A stretch of 64,000 nucleotides of DNA, from assembly GCA_050084515.1 (NCBI GenBank), contig CM114271.1, forward strand, positions 29,264,001-29,328,000, read 5' to 3'. Below, piece after piece: positions 51,984-64,000 of the stretch; position 1 is the stretch's first letter, and the number at the start of each line of letters is the position of its first letter. This DNA comes from Blasia pusilla. Lineage: Eukaryota. The translations under genes and the position numbers were made by a program. A model generated the notes under the pieces. It was not told the DNA's origin. It saw only the letters and a program-made list of their open reading frames with translations, and ran no database searches.

Positions 51984-54443
51984 ATGTTCGGTACACGAGC
52001 AACGAAGAGCTCGGGCGCACGGGTCCTTGTACATAATTCTGCATTTTTAATCCAGACATGGATTGCTTTTTCCGTTGCATTTGTGGCAATGGTCCAAGGA
52101 GAGCACTCTTTGTGCCAGAATTTGAAGCCGTCACCCGTTTTGACACCGTTTGTAGACCCCCTCCGTATTCCTGAAACAATCGATGTTTCTAAGGGAACCC
52201 AAGTGACATTGGGCGCATTCAAGATCACTCAGGTGAGACCTTTTTCGATCTCATACTTATTTTTACCTCGATGGTCGGAGCCAACGTCAGCTTTGTTTGC
52301 AAGCCATGGCCCATATATGTATACATGTATTCAACTCTGGATACGTTTTGAAGTGGAGCTGTAGACATATTCTCCATGTTTCCTGTGTATTGTACTCGAG
52401 TGAAAGGCGCGCACAGAGCACCGTCAGGTTACATACGGATCCATTGAGCTCGTTCTGTACATCACATCCACGACTCCGAGCATTTCCTGCGGAGTCGTGG
52501 ATGTTCTTTGAGATGGGAGATTGAGGACACGTGTGGTCTCTAAATCTTCTCACATGCTCATGTAGCTCAGACATGTGTATATAAATATATGAATTATTGC
52601 TTCCAAGGAGCTCTAGATCGATCTTCAGGAGTGAGCTATAATCAGACCTCCAGTATGTCCTCACCCTGTTCAATTTAATTCGGCTATTGGGTAAGGGCGG
52701 GAAGAAATAATAACAGGTGCTTTTGATTTCGAAATTGTGCGAGCTCTTTCGATCGTGAGAAAAACACAATGGCTACAGTATCAATCCATCTGATCCAGTG
52801 TACCAAGCGATCATCTTTGTATGTCCAGTTTAAATACAGTCTTCCCGTGAGATCTCTCTTCGGAGTGACAGGATATTTGAAAATAATGTTGATAAATTCA
52901 TGTTTATGATGTGCAGAAACTTCATTCTGAGCTTCCTCCAACGACGATGTACGCGTATGGAACGAGCCAAGCCACTGCAACATATCCAGGGCCTACTCTG
53001 GTGGCCACTCGATACAAGCCATCATTCATCCGCTTCGAAAATCACATCCACGACTCCGAGCATTTCCTGCGGGTGGACAGATCCATCATGCACTGGGCGA
53101 ACCCTCCCAGCGGCCGTGGAATACCCGTGGTGTCCCATCTCCACGGGGGCGAAGTTCCTAGCGATTCCGACGGACACCCAGACGCGTGGTATACCGCATC
53201 CGGAGAGAGAGGCCATGCGTTCATCACTCAGAACTACACATACCCGAACTTCCAGAATGCCTCTTTCTTGTGGTACCACGATCACAGCGTCGGCATCACT
53301 CGTCTCAATGTGGTCGCTGGGCTCGCAGGCATGTATGTCATTCGATCGCCATCAGAGGAGCCTCCGAATCTGCCATGTGGTGAATACGAGATTCCTCTTT
53401 TTCTGCAAGACAAGCAGTTCTGGGCCAACGGATCAATCAACTTCCCGGACGTCGGCGACTCTCCTGGCGTTCACCCCAATTGGTGCCCGGAGTACTTCGG
53501 GGACACCATTCTCGTGAACGGAGTCGCGTGGCCTTTCCACGACGTATACCCTGCCAAGTATCGGTTCCGACTGTTAAACGGAGCAAATGCACGCTTCTTC
53601 ATTCTGTCACTCAGCGATCCGTCTCTCGAGTTCATCCAAATCGGTACAGACGGTGGTTTTCTCTCGTCTCCTGTTAACCTGGGATCATATGTCACCCTTC
53701 CTCCAGCTTACAGAGTGGATGTGATAGTCGACTTCTCCAAGGTAAAGGTGGGCACAAGCGTGTATTTGAACAACTCGGGTGCGGCTCCATTTCCGAGCGG
53801 TGATCCTAGTTTCAGCCCCCCCAGCACCAATTCCGTCATGGAGTTCAGAGTCAGAGCCCCACCCAAAGGAGCGAAGATCGAGAAATCCGTCATACCCAAG
53901 GAATTGGGAACTAAGGCTGCGCACCCCACATGGAACGCCTCCATGGGTGTTCACCGAACTCTGACCTTGATAGAAGTGGACGATGAAAATGGTCCACTTT
54001 ATTCCGTTTTGGGCAACCACACCTGGGTCGATCCAGTTACAGAGACTCCGAAGCTTGGATCGACAGAGATTTGGGACATCATCAACCTCACGCCCGACGC
54101 CCACCCTATCCACATTCACCTGATTTCGTTCCTATTTCTGCATCAGCAATCATTCAATCAAACAGCCCATGATGCCAACCTATGTACCCTCGATCTGCCA
54201 TATCCTCATCCTGGGAGCTGCTACACAGAAAAAGCCCGGGGTCCGGATGTTACTCAGATCGGATGGAAGGACACTGTCATAGTGTGGCCCTCAAATGTGA
54301 CGAGGCTGTGGATGCAATGGACGCCTCGTCACGGTGGGGAATTCGTGTTCGATGCTACTCGTGCTCCCGGTTACGTCTGGCACTGCCACATTCTTGATCA
54401 TGAAGACAACGACATGATGCGACCTCTTCAAGTGACCTTTTGA
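51984..54443 (+). CDS. Multicopper oxidase, LPR1/LPR2 (CotA/bilirubin oxidase)-like; exons 51984-52232 and 52917-54443, 591 aa
   Basis: Hydrophobic N-terminal segment, LTPFVDPLRIP, phase-0 GT-AG intron 52233-52916, and copper motifs HLHG, WYHDH, HPIHIHL, HCHILDHEDNDMMRP. The frame is intact. Confidence 0.93.
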
Positions 54444-57400
54444 GTCTAGCTAGCCTCGGCCTCGATCCTGACAGATCGTCATTCATTGTTTAAATAGAAT
54501 ACTGAGATCAAACTTTCAGTAAAAAAATTGAAGCTAAGTAGTCTCCCCCTGAGGTAGTATATATAATCGAGTATATATACATTTAATTCAGATCTAGAAT
54601 TTGTTGGTGCTTTGTAATGGCAACAAGTGCGACGTAGAGAGCTACATATATCGATCGTCTGCAGGCACGATCATTAAAGTTCACGAAGGCAGATGCACAT
54701 ATCGAGCTCACATAAGACATTCTTTTCGATGGTAGAAATCGAGGTGAAACAATTGCACATCAATTGTGATAGATCGCACATACCGATGTACATATGTATC
54801 GACCATATATACATAGCACATTCTTTTCATTGAATAATCTCTGGGATTTTTCTATGGATTGATCTTGTCAAATTCGATAGCTACTACAAGTGATCAAGAT
54901 CCCTGCGCGGCCCAAGCTCATTAAGATTGCGGTCCAAATTTTGGCACAAGCTCTAGTTGATTACGATTCGATTCATTATACTCTCGTGGTCTGATAACCC
55001 GATGACGTAGACACGTACGGTGGTAAGTTTTTCAATTCATGCTGGCATGCGATTGCTCTGGTATTCGGGAGCAGCGGGCGCAAAGATTTTGCGAGCTCCC
55101 CGGTTTTTCCCCGACACTCGAGAGGGTCTGACCGGAATTTTCTAAATATCAGCCGGTTTTTTTTGAACTTTTACAAAGAAACTGCATTTCCCGGTTCGGT
55201 TTTTGCCGAGACTTTGCTGGTCAGATCGGGAATTCTTAAATTTTACCGGCTGACATTCCAAAGAATGCCGGTTCTTGGGGCTCGTAGTTCGGGAGGACCA
55301 TGAACTAAGGTACAGTTGTGATTCACGCTACAGACATCACAAGACACTAGCTGGTCACAAAATTCTCGCTAAAATATCCTTAAGCTCGCAGGTCTCGCTT
55401 TACGTGTTTCGTAAAAGTTTACATCAGATCCTTTGTCTGAACCAAGCCAATATACTTGCATGTGTTTATCAGGTCGATGGAGGTCAGGTAGACCTGTGTC
55501 GTCCGATCGAAGGTGTGAATTGCACGCACGTTGTTGTTAAACAGATGCAGAGGGTAAACATCTGCACTAATTTTAATAATCGTTTCACTGAGGCGGGATT
55601 GCAGGGACCGACCAGTTGATTGCGCCAGTTGCTCTGGTTGATAAGTTAAATATGTATGTTTCAACCGCTCAGTTAGATCGTGAGGTAGGCGACCCTGTGA
55701 AAAATCTAGGCATCCAATGATCCATAAGCCTGTAGCTATTGGACCGCAGGCAAGCTAGAGCAAGTTCTAAGTATGGGTCTTTGAACAAATAGATCGAACC
55801 AGAGTTGGCAATGTAGAATTTTCTTCCCTGTTGGAAGGTGACAAATTTCCCAGTGATCGTAGCTTTACATGGACCAATCGTTCACGTCGCCAATCTTTGT
55901 CACGAAGACATGTACAGTCATTTCAAAATGTGCATCATGTGTCTTCGACGCACGTCCGTTCTACAGGGTCCGTAGCAGATTTCGTGCTGGTAGAATACAC
56001 GGTAGATACTTGCACTTGAAATGATTTCTCGATCCACCTAGCACGTGAGGTCAGGTCGGACATCATGTCGCCATTTTCGGTTTTTTCTTTATGCATGTAA
56101 AGACTTCTACTTGGGAGAGGCCATGACTCCCTTGACAGTCTCACAAACTTAGACAAATGGAGCTTGGAATAGGGAAACCAATCTAGATATCCGTATCTGC
56201 TATTGCTATGGTATTGATGGATGCTAGCATCCTGTTTTCCACACCGGCTCCCTGGTGTAAAGGATATCACTCTTTTGAAAGCAGCTTTGATGCAAAAGCC
56301 AACATCACATAAATTAATATATATGACATGGGAGGTCAAATTTTTCGTTATATAGCTACACTTCAGTGAATGTGACCATGTATAGTGGTCAAAGGAAGAT
56401 TTCTAGAAGAAACATAGGGACAAGATCCAAATATGGTAATTTTTTTCTTTAAAAGGGCATCCCTTTTTTGACATATCGTAGGGTGCGCAAATTTTTAAAT
56501 GTATTTCTTTCTAGTTCTATCCTCCATTCCAAAAAATGATTTGTCATTTCCTAGGATGCTCTGATAAACTCGACGAGTCTCAATTGGTTTATTTATTGTG
56601 CATAATAAGCATGCCATAATTTAGACCCCCTCAAACTATGGAAGAAGCCACTTTTAGGAAGGCTTCTCAGTATTTTAAAGTATTTTATTGTATGATTTCC
56701 TTAAGTCCTTTACTTTTTGGATTAGGTTTACATACATGTACGGGTGCACTATTCTCCATACATATCCTGTCTATAGAATTTTTACTAATCCAAGCAGCAT
56801 CCAGTGGAAGTTTGCTTTCAAGAAGAATCCTGCAATACGTGAATCTCATGAAGCTTAATAGCATAAGTCCGCCCGGGACCTCTGGAAGGTTTACTTCGAT
56901 TAGAGATTCGGAATTCGGTGAGAAAACACGCTTTGATCCAACAATTTAAGCTAAGTGAGTGACAGGCTCCAACGCTGCAGATGTCTCGCATCGGGGAAAC
57001 ATCTTTCGTTGAATCCGTCGTCACCAAAAGTCCAACCGCACTTCACACGCTAGAACGCACTCCAAGCAATCTTGTTCTCGGAGTAAGAAAGTCCCGCAAG
57101 CCCTTGACCAGATTCAACAGATGATCTAAGTCCGACACGTTTCTGGAGGTAACGACATGGATCGATTGTAGACTTTCTTGTAGGTATCACACGTATCGGT
57201 CCAAGTCAAACGATACCCGACTTACGTCCTACTCCGAAACATTACTTCGCTTGAAAGAACTCGACCACGACCGTTACTCAACCAACTGCCCTGCCAGCCA
57301 GCAGCAGGTTGGGTGAATACATACGTCACCCTTCGTTGACTTGAGAAAAATATCGTTATACTTCACAAGCAACTTCTTTTCTTCGTAATCCAGCTAATCT

Positions 57401-60079
57401 TCAGGGCTCCTCAAGACTTCAAACTGCGGATCACGTAAAACGTATGCACCTCTCCACAACCTCTTTCAATCATTCTACTCCGTTAGCGCCCTCATTCAGA
57501 CATAGTGCGAGTCAGGTCTTGAAATAAACTCGTGATTATTCCCGGGAGATTTGGTATGATCGAAGCGAAAGCGATGCCTAAGAGGTGCCTGCAAACTAGT
57601 CGGTCATCATGACCTCCGCATGTTGAAAGTTGGCGGACTTGGTTGTCTCCGTACTAAATTACAAATTTCTACATCAAGACATAGGAAATGATGGAAAACT
57701 GAAATAAATAAACAAAAACAATAAAAAAACCCGACAACAACTCATCGAAACCAAACCGGAAGGTTCTCTCCAGCTCGCCCTAGCCTGTAAATATTGACAT
57801 TCCGGGCCAGATATACACGAGGTTAGCTTGGGACCACATTAGACCGTGATAGTGAGAAGGCATTTCTCGTGCGCACTCAAGTGTAAGTATATCCATCTTT
57901 ATTTGTGCAAATTCTGTTTTAACTTTTTTTCTTAAGAACTAGTGCTAAGTTAAGGAGTGAGTATAGATAATGTGTTTCAGAGAAATAAATGCTTACGCCC
58001 AACCTGGTTCTTGAGTCCGTCAAATCAAACCTGTAAAGACTGGAGGATAGGTTTTGTGCGTAAGAGCCTCAATAAACAGCGGGTGATGAAAACCCATCGA
58101 GGGTAAAAAATGGGTGACTCAGACAGTCGAGTATATGAAGGCCGCAACCGGCCCGACGTAAGAAGCTTGGACAAGTTCCGAGTGAAAGACAAGAGCTTGA
58201 AATTGTGAACTACGGAGGATTGTGGAGAATTTCAAGAAACCAATACAAAACTGGAGAAGTATTATCATGAGAAGTGTTAGAGTCGCGCGTTTCTCAATAC
58301 TGAAAGTCTCACAAAAAACAGCGAGTCTTCGCTAGCGCCTTCTCCTTACTATGGACCTTCTCCCCCGCGGGTCGATCCTATGAAGAGTCTAACAACAGAA
58401 GAGCGTCATTCGGAGGAGATGCGGCCATTCTGTATTACTTTGTTGAGTCTGAGATTAATTCATCAAACATCCGATACACCCTTTATATACACAACCCTTA
58501 AGTTAACAATTCTGCCTTTGATATATATAGTCATCCTCCTATGAGGTCGTGCTGGTCCACGATATTCTAGATAGATGTACACACTTCACACTCGAGATTG
58601 ATCTCGTTGGATCTCTCACATTTCACGTTTACTCTTGTGCTTCGATAAAATATTCAGTCCATGCCATCACTCATGGATCAAATGTGGTGACTGAATCTGG
58701 AATTCCATCAATCACCTAGCTTTGGATTATTTCTAGCCACTTTCAATATATTTATGATCTCATTCACTCAATGTGATCAATGTCTGTGAAGCTCTTTCCG
58801 TCGAAGCAATGGGTGGAATATACGTAGATATTAAACTTATAAACGTCGAATTCCCATCTTTTGGGGTACGTGAAACGACTTGAAGCTCTAGTTTATCAAG
58901 TGATCAGCCGAGGAGTATCAGTTTCTGAACTCCATCGGAATCTCAAGTTGGTCTGTCGTCAACTCAATTGTCTTTTCTAGACAGTCGAGCACCTAACATA
59001 GTCCACGGGAAGCCAGATCGGCTTCCCGTGGACTAAACATCTAATCTACTCTTTGCGATCGCCGTTACGTACTTTCGTCCCACATTTTCAGGTTTCGTTT
59101 CGGCGACGCATCGTTACAGATCGAATCGAGAGAAATATTCAAAGACAATTTTTCTCAACCTCTGTTATCTCCCACTGATTTTGAAGTGGATTCCGTTGAG
59201 TATAAACGTTTATACGTTACGCTGGATACATTGGGAGCACCGTTCCTAGAAACGTTACCACTGATAAGAAGTATGTTAGGAACTCAGGGACCTGTCACCA
59301 GTAGCACCGTTACTAGAACCTGTCTAGCGTGGCCGTCACATTCATATTAAGATAAATCTCCACATGGTATCACAGTGTACTTCCAGATCTTCACTCAGTC
59401 CTACGAGACTGAGTGAAGATCCGGAAGCTGCTAGGAGATCATTTGAAGATGAGAGACAAGGAACTAGAAGATGACAACCACACAAATCACTTAACTACAG
59501 TGTATGGCGATACTGTTTTCAGCGCAAATCGTTTCTGGCTACACTTATTTCATATCTCCTTAGGCTGCAGCGTTGACTTGCAGCCTACGTCGTTTAGGTG
59601 GGCTAGTTGCAGTTCACTTGTTCCAGAATACTCCCTAAACGAAACTAGTATAAAGTATTGATCTGAATCTCTCAAACTAGGAAACACCTGCAAGCACCAC
59701 TCCAAACGTTTCAGTAAGAAAATGGTGGTATGTTTGTTGGTGAGTGAAAGAGTGAATTTCTGAACAATCGACCTGATGTTGTATCTTACGGTATTGGGTG
59801 AATAGAATTTCAACCAATAGTCCTCTAACCGAGGTATTGATAAAGGAGCTTCCGAGGTATTGATATGGAAGCTTGCTTCTTTCACTAGAAGTTCACAACT
59901 CCACTTCCAAATAACTCCCGTAATAAACTTTGAGAATCCAAGGATTGGTTTATTGAAATCATGAGTGGAGTGGGTGATGTAGACAAGTGAGTCTACCTTT
60001 TCGGGTATGCTTTCAAGTGCACTCTTGATCATTCGGGAAGGGGATAGATATGTAATAATCTAGGCAAAAGCTTGAAGGT

Positions 60080-60800
60080 TCATATGAGCCTCTCCTAAGT
60101 CAAGAAGGTCATCTTCGGCCCTAGTGTGAACTCCCAAGATTTTGATTTGAATGAAGAGAGGAATTCTTCTTTAAGATCATGCATCCGAGGTGTAATACAT
60201 CACACTAGTGATAATCAAATCATTCACATATGACAATCTCATTAATACAGATATTGAGATAAAGGTTTGGGTCTTGTTTATTCTTTGCAAATCCCAATTT
60301 GTTTAATAGATTCAAGTAGTAGGTTTGATTCTATACCCTACTTGCAATGCGTACATCATGGGATATATAATTTTAATTTCCTCATCATACGAACAAGGTC
60401 TTCAATTCCATAGCATTAAAGACTTAAAGTTGTTCTAGATACACTTCTTCTTCTTCCAAAATGCCATTGAAGAAGGCATTAAATTTGAACATCCATATTG
60501 ACTAGGGCCAATCAAGCTTGAATGTAAGAGAAATGATAACTTGTATTGTGATCATGTGCATAATAATGTTGATGATAGTTTCATCATAACCGTGCCTTGG
60601 CATTGTTGATAGCCTTTTACTACCAGCCTTGCCTTGTACCACAACAAAAATCCTCATAAGCCTATTTGGTAGGAGTAGCAATCCTCCCCAGATCCCACGT
60701 TTTGGTCGGCAAAAATAATGGAATTGTACTACTCAATCATTACATATTACCAATGTGGATTAGTGCACCCCTTATGGAATGATTGAGGCTCAATGGGAGC
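60080..60800 (-). pseudogene. Ty1/copia reverse transcriptase remnant
   Basis: YKARLVVKGYQQ, MDV..NAFFNGILEEEEVY, YVNDLII (YVDD-like) and DLG, in the expected order; heavily decayed. Confidence 0.7.
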
Positions 60801-61075
60801 TTTGTGATGTGATGCATGACTTAGAGAGAGAACCATATGTATAATCGATTCCTTCCTGAAATTGAAAGGAAGTTGTCATTGTTGACTCAACTTTTGCGGA
60901 GGGGGTATAGACAGTGAGGGTTCAATATGATCCGATATTTGATCTCTTCCACCATATGTAGGTGGTGGATCAATATGAGTCTTGGACTCAATACGTAATG
61001 CATCTTTGTCAAATTTCTTCTCTGATTTCTTGTGGTCGGAGGTTTAGGGTTTAGGATTTGATTGCTGCTCTTCTA

Positions 61076-61843
61076 CAAGGTTGCACGGAAATGGACAAGT
61101 CGGCCCATGGGATGGACATTCCCGTCCCGCACCCGAGCCCACCTTGGAGCCTGCGACCTAGACTTAGGTTGACAGAGCCCGCACCCGTTGCGTAGCCCGC
61201 AGGGCAGGCAAGCAGGCGCGTGCCTATGGCAGGTTGGGCACGGGCTAGGGCAGGCTAGCAAGCGAGCTCGAGATGGACAAGTGCGGGCTAGACTAGGATG
61301 GGCAAGCGCGGGCTCAAGGCTGATTGGGCGCGGGCTCTAAACGGGAAAACCGGAGCTCAGGTGGGCAAGGCGCAGGCTCCACGTGGGCAGGCGCAAGCTT
61401 GAGGGCCCTCAAAAATCTGGTCCCCTAGACCAAAAACTGGTCTGCCGGACCGAAATCTGGTCTGCCAAGTCAAATTTTGATACAATAAACCAATTTTTGC
61501 TGGCCTTCAATCCGCTCAAAGCCTGCGCCTTGCTTGCCTTGAGCCTGCGTGTGCCCGATTGGATTCCGCACCTGCCCATCCAGAGCCCGCGCCCAATCAG
61601 CCTTGAGCCTACATCTGCCTACCTGGAGCCCACCCTCAAGGCCTGCACCAAGCCCGCCCTAGACCAGGCTATGGGCCACGCAACGGCTGCGGGCTGCGGG
61701 CAGGTAGGCACGGGTGCACGCTTGGATGCGGGCTCAAATGTGGGCCTAGAGTACCCGGGCCCGCACGGACATGTCTGTTAATAGGACGGACATAATTTTG
61801 CATATATGGAAATGTCCGCGGACACGGACTTGTTCGTGTGCAA
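61076..61843. mobile_element. hAT-type MITE with long internal inverted repeat; right TIR interrupted by gypsy D
   Basis: Left TIR CAAGGTTGCACGG. The right end ..GTTCGTGTGCAA lacks the final CCTTG because the LTR TGTCAC begins at 61844. About 61300-61346 pairs with about 61575-61620. Confidence 0.75.
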
Positions 61844-64000
61844 TGTCACATCTGAGTAGCCGATACGCCGAGATCTATCATGGATAGGGCGTAGGAGAAA
61901 GCGGACTATCTTGAGGGTAACTTTGTGCCACGGTTTCGGATGAGGTTGAGGATAGGTCCATTGTGTCAGGAACGTCGTTTCTGACAACTTTCATGTTGAG
62001 GTCTTTCACACCCAAGTGACTTGTTGACCAGGTCACCCGCCCCTGGTAACCTATGCACGCAGGTTACCAAGGGAAGGGCTATTTTTAGGAGAAGAGCCTT
62101 TTGGCTCTTCCCAACCCTATATAAGAGAGGAAGATGGCTTTCCTAAGCCATCTTTCTCGTGTTGGGCCGTTGGAGCACCTTTCTTGTATATGTGTGAGAT
62201 AGGACTAGGGTGCTAGCGTCCAGATTCCTTGATAGCACAGGGTGGACGAGGCTTGATATGTCGATGTAGATTGAGGAGTGGAGTTTTAGGCCGGGTATGC
62301 CGTTTTTACTACTCTTTATTTTTACATGAGAAAGATGTCAGGGGGCTGGTGGGAATTCGTTGTTTGCAGGTAGGCAAGCGAGTTGCCTTGGTCGGGAGCC
62401 CGTGGAGACGTTGGCTAGCATTGTATTTGTCATTTTTCTGTTTGGAAGGCCTTGGGCGGAAGCGCTGTCCGTATTTCTCAGATTTTGCTGGTGCGGATTG
62501 ATTGGGGACAACAACAGGGTATAGTGCAGGTTGTGACGGCAAGTATAGCGTCGTCTAATAGCGGGAATGTCGAGATTTAGCAAGAAGGAGAGTTAGGGCA
62601 TGCAGCCGCCGGGGGGTTGTCAAGTAAAGGGCGGTTAGGTCACGAAGGCTAGGGTTAGGGTGACGTGCGGCGACGGCACCCCCCCCCCAAAAGTTGGGGA
62701 GGCCCATAGGGGTGCGGGCCAAGCCCCCCCTCCTTCCCCCCCGCATTTAGGGCCAGATTTTCCCCCCTCCAACGTGGTAGGACCGGATGTGGTGGAGTTG
62801 TAGGGGCTGAAGGTGGTAGCGCAATCCGACACGGTACCATAGTTGGCGGGAGTGATGTGGTAAAGTCGGATGTAGTCCGAAGGGAAGACATGGTTGGGAG
62901 CCAACCAGGGTGAGTCAGGTTACATGCACGGAGAGGTTTGCACGACATGATGTTTTTGGGGCGCGACAGGGCGTTGCGAGAGTTGACGATGGAGGGGCAG
63001 TGCACATGATGCCGATAGGTTGTCCGCATCTGTTGACGGAAGGATCGACGTGTTGGTCGAGGAGAATTTTGTGTTGCGGAGGTTGTCATATCACGTGGAG
63101 GAGTACATGTTGACGGTGCAACAGGTTGGAGGCCGTGATCAAGTTACCCATTCGAGTCCCTTTTTCCGCACTTATCGTGTGTGATTGAGAGTGTTGGGTA
63201 TCGGGTAGTAGCTGGTGCTAGGTGGTTGTAGTGATGGTGAGGAGTGTAGATTCTGTTCATATGTAGCATGTGGGTGGATTTACGGCGGTTGCCGAGTAGG
63301 GGTTGCGTGTATGACCCGAGAGAGTGTCACTAGGTTAGGTGAGTCAGTTGGGAGGCTTATGGTGAGCCCAAGTGTTGAGTGTGCGTGAGGCCGGGTATGT
63401 CATCACGGGATTGATGTTAGCATAGGTGAGCTAGTGAGGAGTGTGGGAGACTCTCGGTGAGTCTGAGTGCTTGAGCGGGTGAGACAGGGTTTGTCATCAC
63501 CGCGTTCTTCCAGGGTTCAGAAGAACAGGGTAATGGGAGCAGTAGTAGTGGTGTGACACGGAGTGGAGTGAGATACCGAGGGGTTACCAGTGAGGAGCTA
63601 CCTCAACATCCATCCGTGGCTGGATCGTCATCACTAGACATTGGGTCTGGTGACGAGATCATAGACAGAGACAGTAGTACTTGGCAGGAGATGGACGACA
63701 TGGGCCATCGGGGCATGCGTCGTTTCTCGGGTGCAGTGGGCACCAATGACTTAGATGATTTTATCCAGGAGTTTGACATTTGTGGTGCGACTTCCAAGAG
63801 ATACGGACCCCGACACGGTTCAACCCTTTCATGGCCTGGAAGGGGTTGTTCCAACACTTGGAGGGTCCTCCAATGGATGACTACATGGAGTTTCGATCAC
63901 TATATTCAGTAGAGATCGATGCCTGGAGGATGTATTGGGCTCCAGGGTATGTGTCCACTAGTGGTTGCGTGGCACATGATGGGATTGTGAGAGGAGAGAG
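61844..64000 (+). mobile_element. Ty3/gypsy copy D (more divergent): 5' LTR, leader, start of gag; runs off the window
   Basis: TGTCAC start, TATA (CTATATAA about 62116), shared leader motif AAGTTACCCATTC (about 63141), and gag TRSG..GHRGMRRFSGAVGTNDLDDFIQEFD..HLEGPPMDDY homologous to copies B and C. Confidence 0.8.

Overview
This is eukaryotic nuclear DNA, most likely from a liverwort, judged from a mitochondrial insertion carrying rps8, rpl5 and rps14 with a group II intron after about nt 114. The window is mostly decayed transposons around one intact host gene, a two-exon LPR/CotA-type multicopper oxidase (51984-54443, +). The main discovery is a Ty3/gypsy LTR retrotransposon family in four partial copies: A about 775-3310 (+), B about 9575-14302 (-), C about 18670-25900 (-), D 61844-64000 (+). 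Overlapping the copies gives the structure LTR-gag(CCHC)-protease-DNMT3-like cytosine methyltransferase-RT-RNase H-integrase-PHD finger-LTR. The family therefore carries a DNA methylation writer in frame within pol, and a histone reader fused to integrase. Also present: a Helitron split into two oppositely oriented halves, a clean solo LTR with a 5-bp TSD, a CRE-clade (RLE-type) non-LTR element, hAT, Harbinger and copia remnants, hAT-type MITEs, two mitochondrial insertions and several perfect fold-back hairpins. One hairpin is an intronic copy of the oxidase's own exon. All calls come from motif recognition by eye; no searches were run, and boundaries of decayed elements are approximate.
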